From the human T2T-CHM13v2.0 reference genome, Homo sapiens, in the NCBI RefSeq assembly GCF_009914755.1, contig NC_060938.1: 64,000 bases of DNA; one strand, 5' to 3'. Of the stretch, positions 15,154 to 62,715 are shown piece after piece. Position numbers and translations under genes: made by a program. The notes below the pieces were generated by a model that saw only the letters and a program-made list of their open reading frames with translations, did no database searches and had not been told where the DNA came from. Every line of letters begins with the position of its first letter. Position 1 is the stretch's first letter.

Positions 15154-18100
15154 CCCATCAGAGGTCTGGGAGGCTGTAGTACAGCAGTGAGCATCACTTA
15201 TCTTGGGTAGAAAGGTGCTGCATGATCTACAGGGTGCAGAGCCCAGGCCAGCCTGGGTACCACAGCCAGACACAGGCCCCATCTTTACCCATCCCTTCAT
15301 CAGGTGACTCCCTACCACTACCCTACCTTGCTTCTCACTGCCAGTGCCTTCCAAGAGAGAATGCAAAGTGTGTCTCCCTGTCACCTCTCTTAGGCCAGGT
15401 CTCCCAATTCCTTTAGTCTTTCCCCTAGGCAGAGGGATAGCTGACTAGCCTTGGGGAAAGGGGCTGAGGATGCAGCATGGGCAGGGGAGGCTGAGTGGAT
15501 CGCCTGGCTAAAAGGATTGGGATACCCCAGAGACAGGATGGGGAGGAGGTCTACTTCTTCCCTGCGGTAAGGGCCCAGCACTGCTAGGTGATGTCTGGGT
15601 GCGGGTAGGAGCAGGATTTGGCAGGAGAATGAGAAGACAGTGACTAGAAACGCACACACACACAAAGCTATGTATATATAAGCAGCCAAAAACATACTGT
15701 GTGTACACGGACACACACGGCCATCCACACAGACATCCATGCACTAACAGATAACACGTGCACTGCCAGGTAGTATCTGTGCATATCTACTATGCACACA
15801 GTTGCATGTATAGAAACATAAACCTAGACACATAGCATTAAACACATTTGAGAGGCAGTACGGTGGGGATAACAGCTCAGACTCTGCACACTGACTGGAT
15901 CTCACAGCTCCACCACTTAATCTCTATGTGACCTTGGGAAGTTACTTAACTTCTCTTTGCCTGAGTTTATTGTTTAAAAATGAGGAAATAATCATACTTC
16001 CCTCATAAAGTTGTGGTGATGATTAAATGAATGAATCCATTTTGAAGATGAATAGTGCCTGATAAACAATAAGTAATAAATTATCTGTCCACAAATACCC
16101 ACATACACAAAACACATACAAACAGCTACATGTGCATACCACTGTATATATCAATCACACATATGCATAATTAACATAAATATAATTCTGTACACTCAAC
16201 AGTAAACACATATATATCCATTACAGATATATACCCACAAATATATATTTGTGTATATCTACATACTTTCCCCACATTTGGAATTATACACATGGCTGAG
16301 AACATACCCACATGTGCACATTCATATAGGCCTTCACTGACACATTCAGATATCCACATATACAAGGGCAGTTTTCATATGCAGTATGAAGACAAAAGGG
16401 TGGAGGAGCCCCTGAGGCATAAGCAGGGGTATAAGGGACTATTCACAGAAGATCGGGAGGGAGGTCTCCCTGTCTGTATGGGCTAGGGCTGCCCAGAGGC
16501 AGCTGAACCCGCTGCTGGCCTGACTGATGGGGGAGACCGCATATGGAGCTGGCACTCCTCCCCTTCCTTATGGTGTCCACTCCCCTACCTTGGGGGATTC
16601 CCACAGCGCTTCCAACAGGGCTTCTCTGGGGTGGGGCTGCTGGTGCACTCCACTCAGCAACCAGAAGAGGTACCCAGCCCCTTTCTGGCCCCCAGCTCCA
16701 GCCTGAAGCAGAGAGTGGGCAGGATGGGGTCTGTCAGTACACAGGTTGGGGGCTATGTAAGGTCTAGTTTATTTCTGGGTTGGGGCAAGTCAGGTAAGGG
16801 AATGACTTGAGGGTCAGGAGAATGCTCAGGCACACCCACTGTGCCCACCCAGCCCAGCCTAGGGGACTAGGAGACCAGGAGGCCCGCCCTGCCTGGTAGC
16901 AAGGATCCAGGCTAGGACCCAGATCCAGGCTAGGACTTGGATCCAGGCTAGGACTCAGATCCAGGCTAGGACTCAGTGGCCGCACGCTGGTGAGGGTGCG
17001 ATGGCAGTTAGCACCCTTCTCCACCCCCACACCCAGGGACAGCTCCTCGGCCAGGAGGCTGCTGCCGCCTTGTGGGCCCTGGAGTCCTCACCGAGCTCTG
17101 TAGCCAGCACAGTGAGGTTGTGCCAGGCGCGAGCCTCGCGATCCAGGGGTGCTGCTGTATGGATGGTGCCTTCCTCGGGCTGGATAGAGAAGCAACGCTC
17201 CGGATCTGAGTGGGGGAGGATGGAGTATCTGGGGAAGGGAGAGACATGCTGGGGCTGATCTGGGGCGGGACCACAGCTTGTTCCACCCCCTCTCTTCTTT
17301 CTTCCCTCTGTTCACCTTGTCAGACCTCATGACTCCTCTGGGTAGAGCCATAATTCAGGTTGGAGTCCCCTTAAAAGGCATATATCCCTGGGGGATCACC
17401 ACCATTAAACACCTGTTAAGACTCAGGGCCACTGGGTTTCACGGGGGGAGGGGGAGAAGACACAGAATGGAGTAGAAGCGGGATAAACAGACCTTGACTC
17501 TCAGACTTCTGGGCCCTGTTCTGAGAACCCAGGGACATGTGTTTCAGCCCTGCTCTGCCTTGGGCTGGCTATGTGACTTAGGGCAAATTGTTTAACCTCT
17601 ATTTACTCAACTGAAAAGTGGGAATGACACCAGTACCTCCCTCACAGAGCTGTGACAGGGATGCTGGCCGGGGAGGGGGAAAGAGTGGCTGTTCTGCCAC
17701 TTACCAACTGTGTGACCACTTATGGCTGGCTTCTAAAACAAGTGGTGATGAGAACACCTACTTCATAGGGCTGTTGTGAGAATTCAGTGTCAGCAAGGGG
17801 GTAAACTGTGAAGCACTTTGGGAATGATCAATAGAGATCCACTTATCAAATGAGACTATATCCACTTGCACTGCCACTGGGAGGGGCCACCATCATCTAC
17901 CCAGAGGGGTGGACAGACGGTTGAGGAGTGGTCAGCCAGGCCCTCCGGCTCTCCCCTGGCACCCAGGCCTGCAGACCAGCAAGCCCAGCTGCAGGGAGGG
18001 AGGCTTTTGCTGGGATATGAGTGATTTGCTATAAGGTAGGGGGCACATTTACTCATTCTCTGGGTGGGAAGAGCCTGCCATCTGGCTCCCCAGCCCACAT

Positions 18101-20352
18101 CCCAGCTCACCTACCTGATTGGGCTGGCAGGGGAGTCCAGGTCAGCCGCGGAGATCTGGCCTACCAGGGTCCCCGGGGCCTTGTTCTCAGGCACTGTCAG
18201 GTGGTAGGCAGCCTGGGTGAAGGCAGGTGGCTCTGGGGCATCTTGCACTGCCACACGCACAGAGGCCACATCCTTGAAGGGCCCTCGCCGCAGATAGGCT
18301 GGGTCAATGAGCGTGTTGGTGGCCTCGACACGGAAGGAGTAGGAGCGCTGGCTCTCAAAGTCTAGGGGCTATGGTGAGGGGAGAGGGAGAAAAAGTGAGG
18401 CATGTGGAAACCAGGGCAGGTCCCAGGCTCTTGGAAGGTGACAAGTCCCCTCCTCACATGCATGCAGTGCTCAGTCCTCATGTGAGGAGAGGTGGCACTG
18501 GAGGGACAGTGGCCTTGGTGGTCAGGATGCACAGCAGATTACTTAGGAACTCTAGGTCTGCCCCTAGCTCCCTCATAGACTTGCTATCACTTCTTCTTTC
18601 TAAGCTCCAGGGCCTCATCTGAAGGATGAGGAGGTGACCATGATCTCTAAGCTCCAACAGAGAGATCCTGAGTCTGTTCTAGAAGAACAGTTAAATATGT
18701 GCCCTGTGGGTCGGCAGGAGGCAGGTCTAAGAGAAAGCATTAACAGGCAGGAGGCTAACCTTGCGGACAGTGAGGAGCCCGTCTCGACCCTGCAAGTCTG
18801 TGCTGATGCTGAAGGCCTCAGACCCCTCCCCATCCAGGATGCTGTATGCCATCAGGGCGTTGTCCCCCAGGTCTGGGTCCTGGGCCCGGAGCCGGCCCAC
18901 CAGTGTGCCAGGTCCAGCTGTCTCCACCACGGAGAACTGGTATAGGCCTTGGGATGACAGAGGGGAGACACCTTCTCAGAGAGGTCCCCAGCCCTCCTCC
19001 CTCCCCACAGCACTTTATTCTCCCAGGATCTGGCTGGGGAGGAGGCGAGGAGGGAAGGTTTCTCCAGACACTGTAGGGGTGGGGTGATCAAAGGATGGCT
19101 CAGGTGGCAGCAATGGCCCCTTACTCTGTGGGAACTTGGGGGGGTTGTCGTTGACATCGCTGAGCGTGACAGTCACCGTAGTGCTGCCTGACAGCCCCCC
19201 CATGTGGCCGCCCATGTCCTTGGCCTGGATCACCACCAAGAACTCCTCCTGTGTCTCCCGGTCCATGTTGGGGATGGCTGTACGCACCACTCCTAGGGAG
19301 AGATGCTGGTCAGAGGGTGTCTGTCCCCTTGGCTGCCCCACCGGGCTCCCAGGCTCCATCCTCACCAGTCTGGGGGTCCACAGAGAAGAAAGGCAGTCCA
19401 TCCAGAACAGTGTACACCAGCTTGGCACTGTTCCCATAGCTGGGGTCATCAGCATCGTGAGCAGTCACCTGGATCACTGATGTCCCTGTGGGGGATGCCA
19501 GCACGCCATTCAGCAGCAGCAGGGAAGGATGGGGAAGAACAACCGATGGGGGGGGATGCAGATACGAGGGAGGCTGAATTGAAGGGGGCAGGTTCTGGGG
19601 CAGACAACAAGAAGGGAAGGAGAGGTGAGAGAGCTCCAGAAGACGGGAACTGGGGCATTCAGAGCTGGGGTGCTCACCGACATTGGACATCTCGGGCACG
19701 GTGGCATGGTAGGGCCCAAGGGGAAAAATGGGTGGATTGTCGTTGATGTCTTGCACTTTGATGATGAACTCTGATGGGGGCTCCAGGGGCCGGTTGGAGG
19801 CTCGGTCCACGGCTTGGGCCAGTAGCACATATTGCGCCTTTTCCTCCCGGTCAAGGCTCTTGGTAACATGAATATTGCCTGTGGCCTCATCAATCACAAA
19901 TACGGTGCCTGCCCCCTCCCCGGTCAACAGGTACTTGGTGCGGCCCTCTCCCCGGTCAACATCCGAGTGCAGCTGCAGGGGTCACGAAAAGATGGCAGAG
20001 GGCTCCAAGTACAGAGACAGGGTTAAAGAGTCTAGGTTTGGGTAGAGCGTTGGGAGTCCTGAGGGACCAAGGTCATTGCAGAAGTGATGAAGTTGCAGGG
20101 CAGGGCCTGAGGGCTTGGTGTCAGAGTAGACATGGGAGGGGTCATCCTTACCTTGCCAATGAGAACAGGCTCTGGACCAGCATATTCCTCAATGACAAAG
20201 AACTGGTTCCAGACCCAGCTCCTTCGAGTCCGCAGCAGAGCAGGCCCTGGGTGTTCCCGGGACCCTGCCCAGGCCCGGGCTGGGGCTGCCAGACGCCCCA
20301 TGCAGCCCCAGCCACCCAGCCAGGCCAGCAGGAGCCTCACCAGGCCCCACAT
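12601..20352 (-). CDS. CDH24: Cadherin-24 (type II classical cadherin), 12 coding exons, 819 aa long form / 781 aa without the 114-nt exon
   Basis: join(20152-20352,19678-19972,19366-19485,19125-19292,18760-18947,18115-18368,17092-17228,16589-16702,14443-14564,14248-14359,13648-13896,12601-13100) = 2460 nt, all GT-AG and phase-consistent; RTRR|SWVWNQF, LDRE, DxNDN, TM helix, [15 protein letters not shown]. Confidence 0.97.
13230..13450 (+). mobile_element. MIR
   Basis: TGAATCCTGACTTC...CTATGTGACCATGGGAAGTT...CTCTGAAGCCTCAATTT core. Confidence 0.75.
13648..13896 (-). CDS. CDH24: CDH24 exon (EC5 end and TM start)
   Basis: GSASLLLP...[17 protein letters not shown]; AG/GT boundaries. Confidence 0.95.
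13952..14078. repeat. Intronic minisatellite built from CCCATAGAGCCAG variants
   Basis: About nine 12-15-bp units forming a ~39-bp higher-order repeat. Confidence 0.9.
14248..14359 (-). CDS. CDH24: CDH24 exon
   Basis: [15 protein letters not shown]...NFTVQDNR. Confidence 0.95.
14443..14564 (-). CDS. CDH24: CDH24 exon
   Basis: [24 protein letters not shown]... Confidence 0.95.
14580..15151. repeat. Degenerate CA/TG-rich low-complexity tract ending in a pure (CA)n run (~15115-15151)
   Basis: Alternating purine-pyrimidine sequence. Confidence 0.85.
15850..16080 (+). mobile_element. MIR
   Basis: CTATGTGACCTTGGGAAGTTACTTAACTTCTCT...GTTGTGGTGATGATTAAATGA. Confidence 0.75.
16589..16702 (-). CDS. 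CDH24: CDH24 alternative cassette exon (38-aa insertion in EC4)
   Basis: 114 nt, phase 1-1, [37 protein letters not shown]; AG/GTAGG. Confidence 0.88.
16904..16975. repeat. 18-bp tandem repeat x4 (GATCCAGGCTAGGACYYR)
   Basis: Four near-identical units. Confidence 0.92.
17092..17228 (-). CDS. CDH24: CDH24 exon
   Basis: [13 protein letters not shown]...[18 protein letters not shown]. Confidence 0.95.
17500..17830 (+). mobile_element. MIR fragments
   Basis: CTATGTGACTTAGGGCAAATTGTTTAACCTCT and ACCTACTTCATAGGGCTGTTGTGAGAATT. Confidence 0.65.
18115..18368 (-). CDS. CDH24: CDH24 exon
   Basis: [18 protein letters not shown]...DLDSPASPI. Confidence 0.95.
18760..18947 (-). CDS. CDH24: CDH24 exon
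   Basis: [13 protein letters not shown]...GLLTVRK. Confidence 0.95.
19125..19292 (-). CDS. CDH24: CDH24 exon
   Basis: [12 protein letters not shown]...[11 protein letters not shown]. Confidence 0.96.
19366..19485 (-). CDS. CDH24: CDH24 exon
   Basis: [24 protein letters not shown]... Confidence 0.96.
19678..19972 (-). CDS. CDH24: CDH24 exon (EC1)
   Basis: [10 protein letters not shown]...LDREEK...QAV...DINDNPP. Confidence 0.96.
20152..20352 (-). CDS. CDH24: CDH24 first coding exon (signal peptide, propeptide, EC1 start); exon begins at 20476
   Basis: [11 protein letters not shown]...[11 protein letters not shown]; donor AAG|GTAAG. Confidence 0.96.
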
Positions 20353-21849
20353 GTTTGGACTCCAGCCAGGGCTCTGTTCACTGGCCCTGGGTGCTGAGGC
20401 TGGGCCAGGCCACGTGGCCCATGAGCTGGCTGGGGTGGAGGGGCAGATGCGTTGAGGCTACCCCATGGATCCACACCTGCAGGACAAGCAGCTGCTCAGG
20501 CTCAAGGAAACCCCTAGCCCTCCTCCCCCGCAAAATTAGATGCTGAAGACCAGACCTCCAAGGAACCAGACACTCCACTGCCCAGAACTCAGACTAAGAC
20601 AGAGAGCAGAGAGGCTGATCCTTCCTCCACCCAGGCTCTGCATGTATTCACCTCCAGCCCTCCAAGCTGATAAATCTCTGGTCAGTCAACTCTGAGTAGA
20701 GAACTGGGGAGGAACACAGGAGAGGGGATGCTGGGAGGGCTTGGAATCCCAAATCTGGTCTCTGTCCTCCCAGGTTGGGCACGTAGCCAGGTATTGGAGG
20801 AGGCGGGGCTACCAGAGAAAGGGCTTAAAATTACGGAGTTGGGATTCATGGAGGTGTGGCCTTAAGGTGTCTAGGGTCAGCATGAGATGACAAGGAGTGC
20901 AGCCTCAGGCAGGGCTGAGAGTCTGTGAAAGTCCCTCCCCACAAGGGGGAGCCCCACTCTCCAGGCCCTGTCTCCAGCCCACGCTGCCAGTGCAGTCCTT
21001 GAAGGGGGACTGGGCTCGTGAGACAGGAGTTGGGAGCCAGAGCTGAAGGAAGAGGATACAGGGTGGGGGACAGGGGGAGGTGACCGGGGAGAGAGGTCCA
21101 CCCAGAGGCTAGAGACAGATAATGACTGACGGCTAGACTGACTCAGGGACTGTCCGGCAGAGAAATGACTGGATGAGAGACAGAAACAGAACAGTGGCAA
21201 GAGACAGAATGAGAGAGACCAGGGCAGCAGCCTGGGTGTCTGAAGGCAGAGAGGAGTCCTAGGGGCCAGGCTTGGAAACGGGTCACCGGGGGCAGTTCCG
21301 GGCAGGCAGGGGCAGACCTCAGCTTCGGGGGTGTCAAGCCAGGCCTCGGGAACTTAATTCTGGGAGAAGGAGCAGACAGGAGGGGTGGAGGCAGGGAGGG
21401 GCCACGGGAAGGGAGCTAGAGAGGAGACCCTTCCCACTGCTCTCCTTTCTCCTAGGGGCGGGGGGGAGGACCCCTCAGGTAGCTGTGGCTTCTGCCCCTC
21501 CTCCCTCAGAGCAGACACACACCTGACAGTCCCTTTGCTCCCGAGGGAAGGGGGAAACCGGAGGAAGGCTGGGGACCAGAGAGAAGGCGGGATGAGGAGG
21601 CGAGAAGGAAGGGGATAGAGGAGTGGGAAACAGGATAGCAGGAAGGGGAGAGGAGAGGGAGGGAAAGGAGAGCAAGAAAGAGAAAAGAGAAAGGCAGGAA
21701 AGGGGAGAAAGGTAGAGAAAGAAAAAGGCAAAGAGGGAGAGGAGATGGAAAAAGGACAAGAGGGAGAGGGAAGGGTTGGGGAGACAGAGGGAAGGGATAA
21801 GGAAGGCAAACAGGCAGAGAAGGAAGGGTGAAGAGAAATCGAGAGAAGA

Positions 21850-22800
21850 AAGAGGGAGAGAGGTGCGAGGGGAGAAGGGAAAGAGGCAGAGCGCGGGAGA
21901 AGGGAGCCGGCAGCGGGCTCCCAGCCACGGAGCGCACCCCTCCGAAGACCCCCGCAGGCTGCGGGCCCCCTCCTACCCCTCCGCGGATTCCCGACCCCTG
22001 CTCCGGGGCAGGCGCCCTTACCTGGCACTGCCGAGGGGCCCAGGCCGGCGGGAAGCGCCCCCGCCCGCCCCCGTCGCCGGGTCCCGGGGGCACAGCCCCG
22101 AGCCGATTGGAGCGGGCGCCGCGGCTCCGCTGCAGGTCTGAGCGGCCCCGGCGAGAACAAGGGAGCGAGACGGAGGGGGCGGGGGAAGAAGACTCCGCCT
22201 GCGGAGGAGCGAGGCGGCTCCGCGCCGCGCGGGAGAGGAGAGCCCAGCCTCCGACCCTCCCCGGCCAGCCGGGCCCGCGCGGCGGGGGCGGGGGCGGAGG
22301 CGGCGCCGCGCGTCCGCCCCCTCGGCGCTCCTGGGCTGCGGGGCGCATACAGATGCGGCGCCCCTCCCGGACCGGGCCCGCAGCGCCCGGCAGGGCACTC
22401 GGGCGGGAGGACGTCCAGGCCACGGCGCCAGGCCATTTCCGAAGAGCTGGCGGGGCGGGTGCACCCGGGAGCGCGAAGCTGCCAGTCCCCGCCCGCAGCG
22501 GAAAACGGGCGAGCGCGCGGTGAGGTGGGGAATTCGGAGCCCACTGCGGAGAGACCCGGCTCCGGGCTCCCGGTTCCCGGCTGGCTTTTGGGACTGGTGT
22601 GGATGGAATCCCAGCTGCAAGGCGGCGGCGTTTTGAGAGCCCATGCAAAGCACGGTAGCAGGTCAGCTGGGGGACACTTAAGGACGGCAGAAGGGTCCAG
22701 AGAGTCCGAGGCCCGGGCCCAGGGAGCGGGTCGGGAACAGAGGCACGACATCGGCGGGAGGTCGGAGGCGGGCAGTGGAACCCTTCTTGGGAAGCTCGGT
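21850..22800 (-). promoter_or_regulatory. CDH24 CpG-island promoter and non-coding exon 1 (donor after 22022)
   Basis: Very high GC/CpG, GC boxes, CAG|GTAAG donor at 22022/22021. Confidence 0.85.
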
Positions 22801-23201
22801 TACAGGGGCCAACAGAGCGAGGAGCTGCCGCCCCCTGGTGGTAGTTGTGGGAGGCACCAAGGTGGCAGGCAGGTGACCAAACCCCTAATTTAACCGTGCA
22901 CAGGACCAGGAACCAGAAGAGGACCCACCCTCCTAGCCCTGCTGGGGTGCCGCCACGGACACAGGTTGCTCCATGCCTTCCCGAATGAGGAAGGTCCACA
23001 GCTTTGGGTTGGTCAGGGCCAAGGCAGGGGATAAAAGACGTGGGAAGTTCAATAAGCAGGAAGCAGTCAGCCTAAAGGAACACATGGAATGAGAGCAACT
23101 CCTACTCCAGATATCCTCAGATGTCCACGCTCAGATATCCACAGTGGCTTCTTAACCTGCCCAAAGAAAGCCACTCACACAGTTTAAAACTAAGTCAGAT
23201 T

Positions 23202-23207
23202 TTTATT
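23202..23207 (-). terminator. ACIN1 polyadenylation signal AATAAA (ATTAAA also at 23230-23235)
   Basis: TTTATT on + strand, ~560 nt past the stop; GU-rich sequence downstream. Confidence 0.8.
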
Positions 23208-23766
23208 TTTTTTTCCATAGACCACATCATTTAATAATAAAAAAAATAAAAATAAAAATTGAACAAAAGGAAAAGGTGGATATAAAGTGGAACCTGTGGG
23301 AAAGAGGCAAGGGCTGCAGGACAGAAGAGACTGGGAACTGCAGGGGCCCTGGGACTCAGGAGGAGATGCTGATTCAGCTCATAGGTGACCCAGTCCTGGC
23401 CCCGGCTGTTCCCAAGAGAAGGCTGTAAGTACCCAGGGAGGTGGTAAGCAGGATGGAGGAAAAATCAGAGGACTGGGGCACCTGGCTGTTCCCCATCTCT
23501 GGCCAACCACCTCCTTGCCTAACCTAGCTCTTGCCTCTCAGACTTAATGGGAAATGAGAGGGAGGGTCGGGCTAAGTCCCAAGAGATAGGTTAAGGGGGT
23601 GTGTTTGGGGGGAAAAGGATGGCCACTTTTCCATTTGGTATGTATGTAGGGATAGGTGATGTGAAAGACCCTTGGCTCCAGGGTGGTGGAGACTGTGCCT
23701 ATCCCTCTGTGGCCATAACCCCCTGGGGCCGAGTGGCTGGTACCTGCAGCTCTAGTGTTTTCCCAG

Positions 23767-59930
<36,164 letters not shown>

Positions 59931-60879
59931 CGTTACCAATCAATTCTTTCCATCCGCCCTGCAGCGCCCCTTTTCTCGCCCTGCTTTCAGGCTCGGTTTT
60001 CTTCGTCTTGCCGAAGCTTTGAATCGAATATATTCGGAAACCCTCGACCCTGGTATAACCATAATCGGAGATGTTCGTTTATTTCCGGACCTAGAGATGA
60101 GGCGCTGGGGCGCTTGGGTGTTTGGGGCGGGTCCGAGGCCGGAAGTGCGTGGGCTGCCGGGCTGGCCCAGCTTAGGGTTTTCAGGAAATTTGGAAGCTGC
60201 CGCAGTAGTTGGAGTCTAAGGACTCGTGACAATCTTCGGGTGCCCTTCGAGAGAAAAGGGGAGGTAAGCGGGGTAGAAGTACCTCTATGGGCCGGGTCAG
60301 ACTCGGTGTTTGCGGATTACCTTAATAGGGCAAGCCCCCCACTCCTTAACGCAAACAGCTTCTGCCCTCTGTCCTCTGAATCATAGCCACTCCCATCTTA
60401 GGCTTTTTTTGGGGAGGGGCGGGGGGCTGGTGCGGAATCGGAATAACAAGCTCCGTGGGGGTGCGCAAGAAGCATCGCCGTGTCTTCGGACCCAGACTAT
60501 GAACTGATCTATGACGCTGAACTTGAGTTTGAGTTTGCCTTGGAAGCCATGTGGCAAGATTCTGGGAAAGTTCTTCCTTGCTCCGCAGAAGAGAGTAAGT
60601 TCCCTTGGAGGAACTGCTTCCTGTAGGGCAAGAACTGGAAAATGCAAGCGCCCTGAACTTTTTTGGTACTTGAACTAATATTAATTGTTTAGGGGCTTCT
60701 TTCTTTGTCACTACCAATCCTCCAACTTGATGCAGAAGAAACACAAACAGTAAAATAGGTCACAGACAAATAGTTTAGAGATTTAAGAGATACGTTAGAG
60801 ATTTAAGAGACTGAAAACTATTAAAGTCAAATTGGCTGATCTTTCCGTTGCATTCATGATGCAAAATCAGTGGCAAGGT

Positions 60880-61168
60880 GCCGGGCGCGGTGGCTTACGC
60901 CTATAATCCCAGCACTTTGGGAGGCCGAGGCGGGCGGATCACTTGAGGTCAGGAGTTGGAGACCAGTCTGGCCAATATGGTGAAACCCCGTCTCTACTAA
61001 AAATACAAACAAATTAGCCGGGCGTGGTGGCGTACGCCTATAGTCCCAGCTACTCGGGAGGCTGAGGCAGGAGAATCGCTTGAACCCAGGAAGCAGTGGT
61101 TGAGATCACGCCATTGCACTACAGCCTGGGTGACAGAGCAAGACTCCGTCTCAAAAAAAAAAAAAAAA
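60880..61168 (+). mobile_element. Alu
   Basis: Alu consensus with poly-A. Confidence 0.93.
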
Positions 61169-61210
61169 TTGCAAGGCACCAATAGATACCATACTAAAAA
61201 AAAAAAAAAT

Positions 61211-61529
<319 letters not shown>

Positions 61530-62292
61530 TAAGGACAATTGTTTAAAGACATGGATTGTCATAAAATAGTATAACACTTGTTAGATCTCTAAGCCAACAA
61601 ACCAACTGGACTCTTTTTTAAGAACGTCTCAAACACCCGGGCTTCTGGTTCTTTCATGCGTTACCTTATTTTGAGCAAGGTCCTTACTCTGCTTTTTAAC
61701 TTTTCCTGGTGCTTTACAGGAAATGTAAGGAGGTAACGGATGTTATGGAGTTGTTGGCATATTTCAGAGGCTTATATGCACATTGAAGGCTCTTTCATCA
61801 TAAATAATGTTTTTTCTTTCTTCCCCCACTGTTGATAGCTGCAAAACAATTAGCATCAGCCTTGACCAGCTGCACGTACTAGATTTTAAAATGTGTGCAT
61901 TTTCATTTTGGAGAAGATGTAATGGACCAACATTAATCATTGTTTTTTTCTTTACCCAACCTGGCACATAGAAGTAAGAGGAAGAGAATGAACAAGAAAT
62001 ATATTGGTTATTTTTAGGTTCTTTATAAGAAAGATGGAGGAAGACAGTGGGTGGGGAAGAATGGGTTTGAAAAAGGCAGGCAAATAGGAAATGAAGTTAT
62101 TTTTGGTGATTTTTCTAAGGTAGTTGGATAATAATCTAAATAAAGGACTCTTATTATTTTGGGTCTTTGAATTCATAAAAAGTAATTTTCTCTGTAGATG
62201 CTAATTGAGTGTGGTAAGATGTCTTGTTGCTTGAAAGTTGTATTTTCGTTGCTCTACCTGGAGAGCATATAACAGTGCTTTTATGTTTCAGG

Positions 62293-62715
62293 ATGCCACT
62301 GGAGTCATCCTCTTCAATGCCACTATCCTTCCCATCTCTCTTACCCTCAGTACCACACAATACTAACCCTTCCCCTCCTCTGATGTCTTACATCACCTCC
62401 CAGGAGATGAAGTGTATTCTTCACTGGTTTGCCAATTGGTCAGGTCCCCAGCGTGAACGTTTCCTAGAGGACCTGGTAGCTAAGGCAGTGCCAGAAAAAT
62501 TACAACCACTGCTGGATAGTCTGGAGCAGCTTAGTGTGTCTGGGGCAGACCGACCACCTTCTATCTTTGAGTGCCAGCTACATCTTTGGGATCAGTGGTT
62601 TCGAGGCTGGGCTGAGCAGGAGCGCAATGAATTTGTCAGACAGCTGGAGTTCAGTGAGCCAGACTTCGTGGCAAAGTTTTACCAAGCAGTGGCTGCTACA
62701 GCTGGTAAGGACTGA
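62293..62715 (+). CDS. C14orf119: Uncharacterised protein C14orf119, 140 aa, single coding exon
   Basis: Acceptor TTTCAG|G immediately before ATG; MPLESSSSMP...AATAGKD*; head-to-head with ACIN1. Confidence 0.93.
   Translation: MPLESSSSMPLSFPSLLPSVPHNTNPSPPLMSYITSQEMKCILHWFANWSGPQRERFLEDLVAKAVPEKLQPLLDSLEQLSVSGADRPPSIFECQLHLWDQWFRGWAEQERNEFVRQLEFSEPDFVAKFYQAVAATAGKD

Noticed and set aside
14431-15384. Cys/Val/Met-rich ORFs
   Set aside because: Translation of TG-rich low-complexity intron
21354-22999. Long ORFs (465, 497, 231 and 211 aa) over the CDH24 promoter
   Set aside because: Stop-poor GC-rich CpG island plus purine tract; low-complexity translations open in several frames at once
60775-60810. 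Short direct duplications (also ~42298-42330 and ~43778-43822)
   Set aside because: Ordinary 16-21-bp slippage duplications without functional context
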